This document shows, in pieces, positions 49,051 to 61,540 of a DNA stretch of 64,000 nucleotides (positions are counted from its first letter, which is position 1; every line of letters starts with the position of its first letter). Source of the DNA: Bugula neritina (taxonomy: Eukaryota > Animalia > Bryozoa); assembly GCA_964035545.1 (NCBI GenBank), contig OZ037765.1, forward strand, positions 12,906,698 through 12,970,697, written 5' to 3'. The notes under the pieces were generated by a model. That model worked only from the letters and a program-made list of their open reading frames with translations. It did no database searches and was not told the DNA's origin. The position numbers were made by a program, and so were the translations under genes.

Positions 49051-50268
49051 ATTACCTCTGATTACCTCTGATGAGGTAGAACGCTCTTGACCATCATAAG
49101 ACGTTAGTAGAGCGCCTCATGTGTGTGACAGGGAGTGTTCCGTTGTTTTTTTTAGTGCTTCCGCATTACCGCTGATATTATTCAATTTAGATGGTGATAT
49201 TTAAAAGGAAAATTGATAGGTAAGCTAGGTAAACCCTCTCATGTCGCGTATCGTTCTTGGTAAGAAACTTTGGTGGTAACAGCTAGAGCGAGAAGAAATG
49301 GAGTTAGGTAAACCTTTTGTTGCTGATCTCGTAGTTACGGACATGAGAGAGCGATTTTCCACAACCTCATCATAGTCTGATGAAAGTGTACTGTGTGTGG
49401 CTTCAGACTGTAGAATACGTGTCAATAGTGTGAGTCTATGATTTTTACGCCTCGCTTGTAATGGTAGTAGACCCAGTTCGCATCGAGCGTCACTAACACT
49501 CTCTCGCCCCTTGAGACCTGATATGAACCTCACAGCACGGTTCTGAACCATTTCTATATCATGTATGGTGGTTTTTAAATAAGGATCCCAGAGGATATCT
49601 GCATAATCCAACCATGGACGGCAGAGGCTGGTGTAAGCCAAGAGTTTGCCATTTTTTGGAACATCATGGAGAACAAACTTTATTGCTCCCAGGACTCTGC
49701 TATTTTTTGTGATTTCAGCGCAATGTGTTTGTCAAATTTAAGGTTACTCTGCATGGTCACACCGAGATACTTGGTCTCTTCAGTCTATTGGAAAGGTGTA
49801 CTCCCAAGCTTATAAGATGGAAGGCCTGTTTGGCGACCAAATGATATAGCATGGCATTTACTTTCATTAAAAGGCATCTTCCACTGTTGTGACCAGTTAT
49901 ATACTGCATCGATATTGACCTGGAAGTCTGAGCATCTGCCTCTGAGTTTACTCTTTGGTATAACAGGGTGTCGTCTGCATAAAGACTGACACAACAATTG
50001 ACACAACTTGGTAAATCGTTAATATAAACCAGGAATAGTGTGGGTCTTAGCACAGATCCTTGGGGGACGCCGGATGTTACTGGGAGCTCAGTTGAGCATG
50101 AGCCTTTGATTACAACTCTCTGTTTTCTGTTGGTGATGAAATCTTGAATCCAATTTATAATCTGTGGTTTAACTTCTGGAATGCGTTGTAGTTTCAGTAG
50201 CAGTAGGGAATGGGGGACCTTGTCAGATGCTTTTTTGAAGTCTAGAACAATTGCATGTGTGTCTTGTG
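49051..50268 (-). mobile_element. 5'-truncated CR1-group LINE (RT C-terminal half)
   Basis: AIVLDFKKASDKVPH, GVPQGSVL, YADD, SFLPRTIRD; (ATTACCTCTG)2 tail at 49051-49070. Confidence 0.88.
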
Positions 50269-50269
50269 A

Positions 50270-53200
50270 TGTCTCTGGTTGTCTAGCACCAAGAATTGAC
50301 TCAACCTTCGCGGCATTTGGAGAGATGCCATCTTTAGAAAAAATATGACCAAGAAGCTTGATGGAACTCAAACCAAAGCAACATTTGACAGGATTTAGAG
50401 TCAAGTGACACTCTGACAAGTAAGCCATCACTTGCATTAGCCTATCTCTGTACTCTTCAGAATCCTTACCAAACACAACTATGTCATCAGCCATGTTTAA
50501 GACACCACTAAAACCATTGATAGTTTTCTGAATTGTGTACTGGAATACTTCAGGAGCAACTGACACTCCCATTCCAAGCCTACGAAATAGACCTACATGG
50601 CTAACAAAAGTAGTAATGTCTCTGGAACTTGGCTTCAGCTCACACTGAAAGAAACCCTGACGAAAATCTAGCTTAGAAAGTACCTGAGCACCATTCAACT
50701 CTACAAGCATCTCTTGAACGGTAGGAACTAGATATCTTTCTCTGATGATAGCAGTATTGACTCTATGCATGTCAACACAAAGGGGAACCTCATCACCTTC
50801 TTTAGGAACTACAACTGAAGGACTAACCCACATAAAAGCTACACCCTGCACTGGCTCAATAATATCCTCCTCAACTAACTGATTCAAAGGTTTCTCAACC
50901 CTACTGTGATAGCTAAATGAAAGCCGTCTAACTGGTTGGGCAACTGGTTCGCACTCAGTATCTATATGCAACTTGACCTGTACATCTTTCAGCTTACCAA
51001 CACCGCGGAAACATTCTGGGTACGGTGCCTTTACATAACTAACTCAGCATCACTGATATCTGTAACACTACACATGTTAGGCTTCATATGAATGACATGA
51101 CGTTTGCTAGCAGTTTCTGCACTCATAAGATTACATGCACTACCATCAAAAACATAAAATATAGCATTAGAAGTATGTGAGTTAACAGTAATTTCTGCAC
51201 AAAACTGACCCAACAATGGTAAGGGAGTTGATTGACCATACAAACTCTTAGTAGCAGGTTGCAATACTATGTCATTACTCAACAGTTCATATGTATGTTT
51301 GTCAATAAATCTAAATCTACAGCACCTGAGTCTATTAGAAAAGTCACTCTCTTACCACCAAGTGCAGTTTGACACTTGGGAGTTTGTTAGCTGTTCTCAT
51401 TTTTAACTACGAACTGATTACTGAAACTGTCAACAGCCTTTGGAGTTACAACTGGCTCCACAGGAGTGTGCTGTACAGTGTTTGTTATAGATTTAAAAGT
51501 AGTCTTACTATGGCAGTACTTGGATCTGGCATAATTTACAGTCTTCTTGCAGTCTCTGCAGGTCTTGCTTAAGGCAGGGCAACTCTCATCATGAGATTTA
51601 TGTCCAGCCTTAGAACATCTGAAGCAGATTATGTCCCTAGTAGAAGTAGTATGAATCTTTTTATTATTGCTAGTTGTGGTCGTCTTTTTGTTCTGAAAAT
51701 TTGTTACTCTAGCAACAGCGTTATTAGCAGCAGTCGGTGTGGCAGTAATCATCTCCCCTTCTGGTAGTTGAACTGTAGCTGCTACTTCCATAGCTTCATC
51801 TCTCTCTCTCTCTTTGCTATCCCTCTAAGTAGAGTATGATGTCTGCCTGCAGCTGTTTGTGAGTAGCTTGATGACTTCTGAGTCCTATCAGTGATCTGCA
51901 TATGCGGTCACAGCGGAAGCATTTGAGGTCATCACTCGGTGTGTCTGTTGAGCTAAGCCTTCTTGCGGCCAGCTCTAAGTTCGTCTCTGTGTCGCATTCT
52001 TTCTTCTTCAAAGATTTGCATGCCTTTATGAACCATAGATCTCTATCTGGTCCTCCTTGCGGCATTCCATTCCCAGGTCTCTGTTCTGATGTGAGAGCGC
52101 TTCATACTGTCTTTGAGACAGTCTTTAAAGCGCTTCCTCTGTCCTCCTTGCAATCTTTTACCTATTTGTAGCTCCCCATAAAGGATCTGTTTAGGAAGTC
52201 TGTGACTTTTCATTCTCACTACATGTCCCGACCAACGAAGTCTGTTCTTGGTGACGAGGCTTTCAAGGCTTGGAATCTTTGTTTGTTGGTATACGCTGTT
52301 ATTAGTGCGCTTGTCAGTCCATTTGATGTCCAGTATTCCTCGCAATTTTCTCATGTGATAATTTTCTAGCTTCTTTATGTCAGTACTGTATGTAGCCCAT
52401 GTCTCAGATGCATACAGAAGTGTTGGTATGATGACAGCCTACTCACTACCCTGTCCCTGCCGCCACCTTCTAATCGCCATAGGGCTTTGTAAGTGTTTGC
52501 AGGCAGAATGCTGTGCGTGGATTAAAGTGGTTCTCATGATGCATTACAGAGAGCCACTGGCTTGGCTTGTCATACCCTGATCCAATGGCAAGGATACCTC
52601 GACAATTGGGGATATAATAAGTTGCAATGGACAACCGTTGGTCTGTTGTTCAACCTCAACCTGGCTGGAATAACGCATCCAGATGGTTCACCTTCATGCG
52701 GTAGAAAACAATATATGACATTGGCAACATGGAACGTCCGGACACTTATGGACAATAAGAGCAGTGACAGACCTGAGAGGCGTACTGCATTTGTGGCGCG
52801 TGAACTCAGAAGACTGAATATTGATATCGCTGCACTTCAAGAGACTAGACTCGCAGATGAGTGTCAGTTGACTGAGATGGGTGGCGGCTATACATTCTAT
52901 TGGAAAGGAAAGGAGGCAGATGACCACAGGCTGTATGGAGTGGGTTTTGCTATCAAGAATGAACTGGTAAAGCACATGGATCATCTTCCTGTTGGAATCT
53001 CGGATCGACTGATGACTCTGCAGATAAACATTGGAAATAACAGGAAAGCTACCCTGGTCAGCGCATATTCTCCAACGCTTTTGGCTGAACAGGCTGACAA
53101 GGAGCTATTCTACTCAGCTCTTGATCACACAGTGTCACAGATCCCGATTGCTGACAAGGTTGTTCTACTGGGAGACTTCAACGCAAGAGTTGGTACTGAC

Positions 53201-53976
53201 AGTGAGACTTGGAAAGGGGTTATCGGCAAAGACGGTATTGGTAATGTGAATGCAAATGGTCTGATGCTTCTCAGCTTCATCTAGTGTGGTAATGTCAGCC
53301 ATCTCAATTAACTTCCTAGTAGAAGTTAGATGGTTCACTCCAGCAATAAATTGTTTTAACAAATTATCCTCCAACAGGTTGCCAAACTTACAGTCTCTGG
53401 CTGCTTCTCGAATTCAGATTTGAAAGTTTACTATGCTTTCACCTTCCCTTTTAGAGATAGATCTCAACTGAGTCTGTTCCAAGTGCTGATTAGTGGTTTT
53501 GCCATAGTGTGAGATTAACAGTTTGTGTGAGTTACAAAAGCAACATCTTTAGGTATTTCAGGAGACACCAAATCTCTAAGTGTCTGATACTGTTTTGCTG
53601 ATAATCCCATAAGTAGAATGAGCACCCTATCCCCATCTGTAGTCTTGGTAACTAGAAAATAACAGTCTAATCTCTCCAAATAGGACTCAACTTCTGTACC
53701 CTTTCCGAAACTAGGAATGGCTATGCTTGCAGCCATAATAAATACTAACAGAACATAGGTTAACATCTACTCGTCGCCAATGTTATATTGTCATCCGTGT
53801 GGTATTGTATTAATTGCAGAATTACTCAGATTTAAATAAGCAATCAAATATAGTTCTACTGAATTAAAATCCTCACACATGAGTTCAACTAGCATATCCC
53901 TACGCATGCCCACAAACATATAATTATATAATATCTAAAACTAGAAATATGATATCGCCTCGATGTAAACACAACA
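50270..53976 (-). mobile_element. decayed Ty3/Gypsy element (5' LTR, PBS, gag, PR, RT; 3' part lost), interrupted by an RTE
   Basis: Putative LTR 53781-53976 (TGTT...AACA). PBS TGGCGACGAG (tRNA-Ser-like, approx. 53770-53779). gag SYLERLDCYF...LRDLVSP; knuckle CFRCSKAGH...CPA...CRDC; FLIDSGA; RT WVSPSVVVPK, LCVDM, MADD. Confidence 0.88.
51802..53272. mobile_element. RTE-clade LINE insertion, 5' portion inverted and middle deleted
   Basis: TSD AGCTTCATCT (51792-51801, 53273-53282). 3' end on the - strand (LLYASETW, RLRWSGHV, RLPKQILYGEL, C2H2 finger, (AG)n tail). 5' UTR and EN on the + strand (LATWNVRTL, AALQETRL, GVGFAI, LGDFNARVG). Confidence 0.92.
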
Positions 53977-54156
53977 CCCACTTCTCATTCTCGGATGACA
54001 ACTTAAGCCTAAGTGGCCTGTTATTTTTTTTTCTGGCTTACCAACTCCGTGGCATTTTTGAGTAAACATCACACCCTTTCAAAAATTCTGATAGCAATGT
54101 TACAGTACCTTAAAAAAAGCCTTTTTAGTACCAAATATTACCACATTTTTAACTCT

Positions 54157-57100
54157 GTTTGTTTGTTTGTATTTTCATCAAATAGTAGTTTATGTCATAG
54201 AAAAAAAATCGGTGATGAGGGTCCATATGCACAATAGCGAAGCTAGTCGAGGTGCTGGACCCAGAGGTAGCAGCCAGCAGAGCCCGCACGATGCGGACCC
54301 TAAATCAGTGAGTCAAGCAGGAACTGCTTCAAGACGACCGCAAACTCACTCCTACCTCGTATCTCCCTCAGATGCTTTGGGAGGGAGTTCCAGGCGTCGG
54401 CCATCTGATAGGTAACCTGTCTATGGCCACACGCAGTAGTGGAGAGTGGCAAGAAGAGACTGAGAGGAGCATGTCTGGTTGGGTAGGGAGGAAGGTAGTT
54501 AGATGCTAGGCGTAACGAAAATTCAGAATGGGCGAGTAGAAAAATTCGAAGTTTATAGAGTTCATTAATTGGTAATATTTTAGATTCTTTATATAAAGGT
54601 GCTGCGTGAAATCGAGGTGGTTTGTGAAAAATTATACGAAGTAGTCTATTTTGAATAGTTAAAATTTTATCTAGGTAAATGTATGGGGCATTGCCCCAGG
54701 CTTCTAAGCAATATACAATTTCACTATTTATTAGGCTATTATATAATAGAATTAAAACTTTGCGAGGTAGGAAGGTGGAAGCTACATAGATCAGTCCCAG
54801 ATTTTGGCGTAGTGTATTTTAAAGGTTCTCAATATGGGTAGCCCAATTTAAATTGTTATCAATTGTGATTTCTAGAAATTTGATTGGTTCTGCATTGTTA
54901 ATTTCGGTATTGTTTATAAAAAGAGGTTGGGAGATATGAAATTTATTTTGCGGATTCTTAATAATAATGAAATTTGTCTTTTCGATGTTGAGGGTTAATT
55001 TGTTTGTGAAGCACCAGATCTTTATTCTTTCAAGATTTCTATTTATTGTTTGAATTTCGTCATTAAGATTTTGGCTATGAAAAAAAGATTTGTGTCATCG
55101 GCAAATAAGATGGTGTTAAAGAATTGCGCACTTTCAATTGAGTCATTTATATATAGTAGGAATAATGTAGGACCTAAAATCGAACCTTGCGGTACCCCAC
55201 AACTGATCTTTAGTGGAGCTGAGGTAACATTGTTTAGGAAAACGCATTGAGTTCCGTCACTTAAATAGTGCTGTATTAGTTTGACAGACTCGTTAGAAAA
55301 ATTTACACTACTCAGTTTTTTAGTGAGAATATGGTGATCTATTGTATCGAAAGCTTTTGAAAAGTCTATAAAAACTCCAAGGACAACCAAACTCGAGTTT
55401 AGGGCGGAAAACGCATTATTAGCAAATTTAATCAGGGCATCGTGAGTTCCCTTCAATTTTTGGAATCCGTATTGGGAGCTTCATATTATTTGTTCATCAT
55501 ACAAATGATTTTGAATTCGGGTGTTGATAACTTTCTCGTAAATCTTTGAAAAAATAGGTAGGATTGATATAGGTATATAATTATTTAAAGATAACTTATT
55601 TCCTTTATGTTTGTATATAGGCAAAACTTTGGCGCTTTTCATTTTAGATGGTACGATACAGCTAAGGATAGAGTTGTTTATTATGTGTGTGAAAGGGGCC
55701 GCAAGAAAATCAGCACTATCTTTGACTAGTCTAGGAGCAATTCCATCTAGGCCTTCCGCTTTGTGCTCATTTATATTTTTCATCTGCTTTAAAACATCAT
55801 CCTCATCAACAACTAAAAATTTCTTTTTTTTAAAGTTTTCTGTGAAGTGTGTTGCAGGGCTACTGCATATTTCCGGGATTTTGTTAGCTAGATTGGGGCC
55901 AATTTCAGTAAAATATTTGTTAAAAGAATAAGCTATTTCTTTAGAATTTGTGACATTGCTTGAATCTGGTAGCTGGATTTTATTGAGAGCTTGTTTTGGC
56001 TTGTTTTTACCGCCTAAAGCTGTGTTGATGGTGTTCCACAGCTTTCTGGGATCTGATGATTGTTTTGATATTACAAGCTCATAATAATTTGCCTTGGCTT
56101 CTTTTATTAAGCGGGAAACTTTGTTGCGCTGTTTTACATAACAAGACTTCAGTTTAGGGCTGAACGGAAATGATTTATGCTTATTAAAAAGTGCAGGGGT
56201 TTTTGTACAGGATTTTGACAGTTGGGTCATGCTCCACAATTGGAGCAACAGAGTTAAACATTTCGGAGGTTTTTGCTAAAAAATTATTGTAAGCTGTTTC
56301 AACACATGGAATGCTAAAAACCAGCTCTTCCCAATTTGTTTTCCTAAGTATTTCATGTAATTTTTCTGGTTTGTATTTTTTATGACACCTCTTATATACT
56401 TGTGTAGATTTTTGATTTTCAAATTTGTCAAAAATGGCGAATACAGGAAGGTGATCTGACGTGTCTTTAAGAATAGTTCCAGATGTGATATTGTGAGAGT
56501 AGAAATTAACTAGGATGTGATCGATACATGTATGAAAAGTTCCTGAGATGCGAGTGGGTCAGTAATCAGGTTGTAAAAGTTATATTGGTGATGATATCAA
56601 GGTAGTCGGCTGAATTAGGACTGAAGGTGTTAATGTTAAGGTCACCAGTGATGATATGATCATGCCTCTCCATTTCCCGGGTGGCCATATACAGGTTTAG
56701 ATCTGTAAGAAACCTGCCGACATCCGACCCTGGAGAACGATAGATAGATGTAAGAATGAGCGACCTCTCACCAGTCCCAGCAATTCTCAACGACACAACC
56801 TCCGCGCCAGCGAGCTTCACTGGAAACGTCTCCGTGACCGCCAGGCTATTATGCACGTAGACCCCCGCGCCTCTACATCTAGTAGGACGACTGTCACCTA
56901 CATACACATAATTGGGAATCGGAAAGAAAGAGTGTTGGTAGTCTTATAAAAAAGTTTCACTTAAGCATATAATGTGAAAAGGGGATTTGATTTCTGACAA
57001 CAGTTCAAGAAGACGATTAAAGTTTTTTTTGATGCTGCAAATATTACAATGTATTATACGAAAACCTTTACTTATATTGGTATTAAATGAATCAACAGTA

Positions 57101-57990
57101 TAACTCATACAGTCAGGAATAGCAGCCATATAGAGCAAAGATTTTTTACAACTTTTTAAGAAAAATTAGTTAATTACGGCTTCTAGCTGCTATTCTTCAA
57201 TGCAATCAATTCACATTCGTTTTGTATGCGGATAGCATTTGAGTTTTGATCTTTACGTATATAAACTTTCTGGTTTACAGTCCATACAAATTGGTACTGA
57301 AGTTCTTCCTTAAGCTTTCTAGCCTTGTAAAACAGATTATGGGTTTCAAAAGAGAGAAGTTTATTTACATATACTTTGTAAGAACAATTCCGGAATCCTA
57401 AGGAGGCTGCAGTGATATCGTGCTTCTCTTTAAAAGCAGATAAGAAAGCATCTCTTTTGTGGCTTTGCATAAAACGGATAACAATAGATTTCTTGCTTTT
57501 ATTTCGATAGGCTAGGTCAATGTTGTTATTGTCCATAGATATCGTTTCCAGCTCAGCCAATTTAAGCACAATATCATTAAGCTTTTCCTCAGAATCGTGA
57601 GGTATGCCTTGGATCTCGATTGATTTTCGCAAAGAGTTTAGTTCAAGATCATGAACTTTTCTTACTGTCGACGGAAATTCTCTTCTTAATACTTCGACTT
57701 TGTCCTTGAGTTCACCAACCTCCTCTGTGTGGTACTCCAAACTGTGCTCGATGCTATTTACTTTTGTCTCAACGGTTTCGATTTTTTTGTTAATGAACTT
57801 TAGTTCGGCAAGGATTTGTTGAAACATTGCTGTAGTGTCGGTTTCAGCCTCTGAGCCAATTCGTTGCTTTCCCTTTGGAGGAGCCATATTAGCATGTAAT
57901 AGACACTTACCCAGTTTGGGGGTGGTTCATAGAGATCTCTCCACCCCTGTCACTATCCAGGCTTGAAGGCGGTATCCAGCAGTATTCTTG
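54157..57990 (-). mobile_element. near full-length L2-group LINE (Kiri/Crack/Daphne-like), decayed ORF2
   Basis: (AAAC)n tail approx. 54157-54170. ORF2 C-terminus AWNSLP near 54390. RT FIDFSKAFDTIDH, GVPQGSILGP, FADDT. EN IICLSET, YRSP, GDLNIN, SDH. 5' boundary uncertain. Confidence 0.85.
57183..57887 (-). CDS. LINE ORF1, intact: coiled coil + RRM-like + FP25K-like C-terminal domain
   Basis: IEIQGIP...IVIRF...VYVNKLLSFETHNLFYKAR...YQFVWTVNQKVYIRK. Confidence 0.8.
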   Translation of the reverse strand: MAPPKGKQRIGSEAETDTTAMFQQILAELKFINKKIETVETKVNSIEHSLEYHTEEVGELKDKVEVLRREFPSTVRKVHDLELNSLRKSIEIQGIPHDSEEKLNDIVLKLAELETISMDNNNIDLAYRNKSKKSIVIRFMQSHKRDAFLSAFKEKHDITAASLGFRNCSYKVYVNKLLSFETHNLFYKARKLKEELQYQFVWTVNQKVYIRKDQNSNAIRIQNECELIALKNSS

Positions 57991-58789
57991 ATATAGATTA
58001 TTTGAAATATTGTGCACTAGGAATAAAGGCTGTCTTAGTCTTGTGTTTTCTTTTTGTCCAGTTTTTGGACAATTGTTTCACAAAATTTTATTATGCTACC
58101 ATTGATATTATCTGTGTATTCCTTTAGCTTATTGACTGTTGAAGCATATGATTCAGTAACAGTATTTGTTTGTTCCTGTAGAGCATTTGTGCAAAGTTCT
58201 TTTATACTCGCTATATCCTTTTCAATACCTATTACTCCGGTCTCTAAACCATTGTTACGATTTTCACATAATGTTAAAGCTACTATGATTTATTAATTAT
58301 CATTTAACTTTTACTATCTAATTTCAAGTTCTTAACTCTTAAAATTATTAAGCGTTAAAGACTTGAAGTTGAATGATAATCTTAATAATGTTAATCACGT
58401 AATACCTAATGATTATCATCCTTAAGTGATTATCATTATCAATATGATTATGGTTATAATTGATATTATTAATACTATGTTTCAGTTAGTGATGACTGAT
58501 CACAGATAAGCATCACTGTATCACTATCAATATGACTTAGACTGGGAGTGAGTAGTACCACTATCAGAAATTTTTTATGGGTCATCTTTGAACTTTAAAG
58601 ACAATAAAACTGTATGGAACTATAAACATGAAGTGTAGGTGATGTATAAAATAATGAAACAACAGTACTAGAAAGGAATAAAGTAAAATGTGTGGATTTA
58701 AAGTATAGCTAAAGTATTTAAAGTGCAATAGGCATCATCAATAAACAAAGCTTATGTATTAAAATTGATTCAAGTAAAATTAAGAGCTA

Positions 58790-59679
58790 TGCCTGCACGT
58801 TGATGTTAGCGCAGATCTTTTATTTAAGGTGCATAGGCTGGGTTTACATATAATATAAATTTTTTTTAAAATACATAGCTTGCAACGCTTTGAGTTTGGG
58901 TTATACCTTGGTGCATGGCTAATGATCTTTCATTTGATCTTATAGTTGGTGCCTTTGTTTTTCAAGTACCACATGTGCTTGCTCAACTATGTAGCTTTTT
59001 GTATCTTTTGTGTTGAAAAGAGCTGGTATGATTGTACGGGCAATTTAAAGTCACTTTCACATAATCCGATATATGTGTTGGAGCTGCTTGGTGATGTTAT
59101 GGTGGCCTGGTAGATGATTTTTGAAAGGATGCATTTGCCATTCAATGGGCAGTTTAATTTCTTTTTGCAGTTGCAGGTTCTCTTGGTGTTACTGCTGGTT
59201 GTTAGAGAGCTTGTTGTTTGGCTAGCCAATTTTCTTTTGTTCTCCCTGTTAATTTTGCACATTATGGTGGGCATGCAAGAATAGCTCGGTTTTAGGGTAT
59301 TTCTATTGATGATTTTTCTTAGGAGGTGCTTTGGGTGAAACACTTTGGCTATTATGTTGAGGAATTGTCTTCCCATGTTGTTTGCAACGTCTTTGCTGTA
59401 TAGTGGATTGAACCATATAATAATCCTCCTTCTAAGTTTTTTTACGCTGTGTCGGTTGCTTCTCATATTGAAATGTAAAATGGTACCCACTCTTTTCCAG
59501 AGTGTTCTGGTAGCTGTGTGCTTCACTATTGAAGTTCTCTTTATTAGATGAGAGCATAGGGAGTCTTTGGTTAATGGATTTTGAGATGTTTTTAATGATA
59601 GAGGGGGGGTGGTTGCTGTTACGATAAATTTAGATAGGGGTGTTGCCAGGTTTATTGAATGGTTTGTGAGTTGCATCAA
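58790..59679 (-). mobile_element. 5'-truncated Penelope-like element (GIY-YIG endonuclease)
   Basis: RRIIIWFNP, IINRNTLKPSYSCM, CNCKKKLNCPLNGKC, IIYQATI...TYIGLCESDFK. Confidence 0.88.
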
Positions 59680-60999
59680 CGAGATTGAGGGTGATATCTA
59701 AGAAGTTGATGATCTTCTTGTCGGCTTCGATAGATATTGGCTTTATTCAATGTAGGTTTATCAAGCAATAAATCATAACTCTTTTTTGATAATACTGTTG
59801 CGTCTGCACCAGTGTCTACTTTAAACTGCACATTAAAGCCGTTAATTGGAATGTCTACATACCATGGCTTACCATTGTCACGTATGTTAGTTACCACATT
59901 CAGATAGAGGACATCTGTTGATAGTCTATCTCCATCGTTGACTAGTTCTGATGCGCTCTTTTGTTGTGCCATCTTACGGGTCTTGCAGACTTTGGAAAAG
60001 TGATTCTGCTTCTTGCAATAATTGCACTGCTTGCTATATGCAGGGCACTGTTTACGCCTATGACTGAAACCACAGTTATTGCAGTTGTCTGCATGGTGAT
60101 GGTTAGGTGTTAGTGTATTATTACTACTAGAACTAGTGTTATGCTGGTAACCGCTTTGGCCTCTTACTTCTCGAATGTGTGAGTGTCTCTGCTGTCTGCT
60201 GTGATGTGATGGTGTGGTAATACTAGTTGGTTACGTTATCGAAATGATATTGCATCAACCTGCACTTGCTTGGCAATTTCTTGTTTTGTCTCCTCATGTT
60301 GTCGTGATATTGATTTTGCCAAAGCAGGTCTAAATCATCTTACAGTTGCAGCTTGGTTAAGAGCTCTTTATCGATCAAACCAACTACTAGCCTATCCTTT
60401 ATGGTATTGTTTTTCTCTGTACCAAATTCACAGTGCTCACTTAATCAATAGAGTTCTCTTATAAAAGTTTCAATAGACTCTTCAGGTTTCTGTGTCCTTG
60501 TATGGAACATGCTACGTAAATGAATGACATTTTTCTATGGTGTGAAGTATGCTAAGAATTTCTTACTCACTATGTCAAACTTAGAATTCTGATCTTCCTG
60601 CTTAAATGTAAATGTCTCATACAGCTGCTCAGCATCCCCTCCCATAGTATACAGAAAGGTAGCCAGCTGCTTTTCATCACTTTTATCTGTCAGCCCACTA
60701 GCCATTCTGTACAGTTTGAACCGTTTTGGCCATTCAGAGAACTGTGATGGCGTTGAAAAGTCTAATTCCGCTGGAGGTCGTAGTTGAGACATGTTTGAAT
60801 TAGATAATGATGGTGGATGGGGTGTCACAAAATCACAATATGTGGATTAATCCTCTAAGTTAGTTTGTTAGTAGAAAACACTGCTGCCATCATGTTGAAT
60901 TATTTTACAGGAATAGAAGTTTTATTTGGTTCGCTACAAAACTCATGTTAACATACCTCCGAAGTATGATGGTGATAATAGTAATAAGGTACTGCAACA
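59680..60999 (-). mobile_element. truncated decayed Ty3/Gypsy element (gag, knuckle, protease)
   Basis: LRPPAELDF...RFKLYRMASGL...TFLYTMG; CNNCGFSH...CPAYSKQCNYC...NHFSKVC; FKVDTGAD. Degenerate Leu PBS approx. 60879-60892; possible short LTR 60893-60999. Confidence 0.82.
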
Positions 61000-61540
61000 C
61001 AAGTCTATTTCACTAATAACTGTTTTCCTTTTTCTCCGTTTGGCTGCTGACTGCTTGCTGCCACTCTTTCAACTCCAATTTCTTCTACGCTGCTTTCTTG
61101 TGGCATATTGCCATCTATACTACTACAAAATAGATTGTGTTAATTTTTGATTAAATAATGTGCAAACTCATTTTTTATAATAAAATAATTTTATAGCCCA
61201 AATATTACACAAACCTTTCTGCATTACTTTGATTGTTAATGATGTTGAATAATTGAAAAAAGGGGTCTTCTTGGTGTGTCTTTGGACTGGAGCCACTAGA
61301 CAAGATTAGGTGGTCTTGTCTCAATTTCATGTAGTGGTCCCTCAAATTGCGATCCTTCGTAGCACATGTTATATCTAAAAAATTAAAATACAAATCATAA
61401 ATATTGTGAATGACCTAAGCATGCAAATATCAAACTGTTGTAAAGATAGGTTAACATGTTATCTGCAATAGCCCAAGGTTATTTTTTAGGCAACACCAAT
61501 ATTTAGTCAGCTACAAATAATACTGTAAAACCTTTCTTCT

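Noticed and set aside
54190-54510. GC-rich structured island as a possible ncRNA or ribozyme
   Set aside because: The minus strand translates to the LINE ORF2 C-terminus (AWNSLP...) followed by its 3' UTR.
58030-58340. Coiled-coil-like reading frame and a possible TTAACTCT TSD for the Kiri-like LINE
   Set aside because: An 8-bp AT-rich match is weak, and the frame may be another LINE's ORF1 fragment; boundary left unresolved.
58560-58830. Hammerhead ribozyme expected near the Penelope end
   Set aside because: No CUGANGA...GAAA core with flanking helices was found.
61205-61393. ORF ending NNQSNAERFV, possibly a transposase remnant
   Set aside because: Too short and degenerate to assign without a search.
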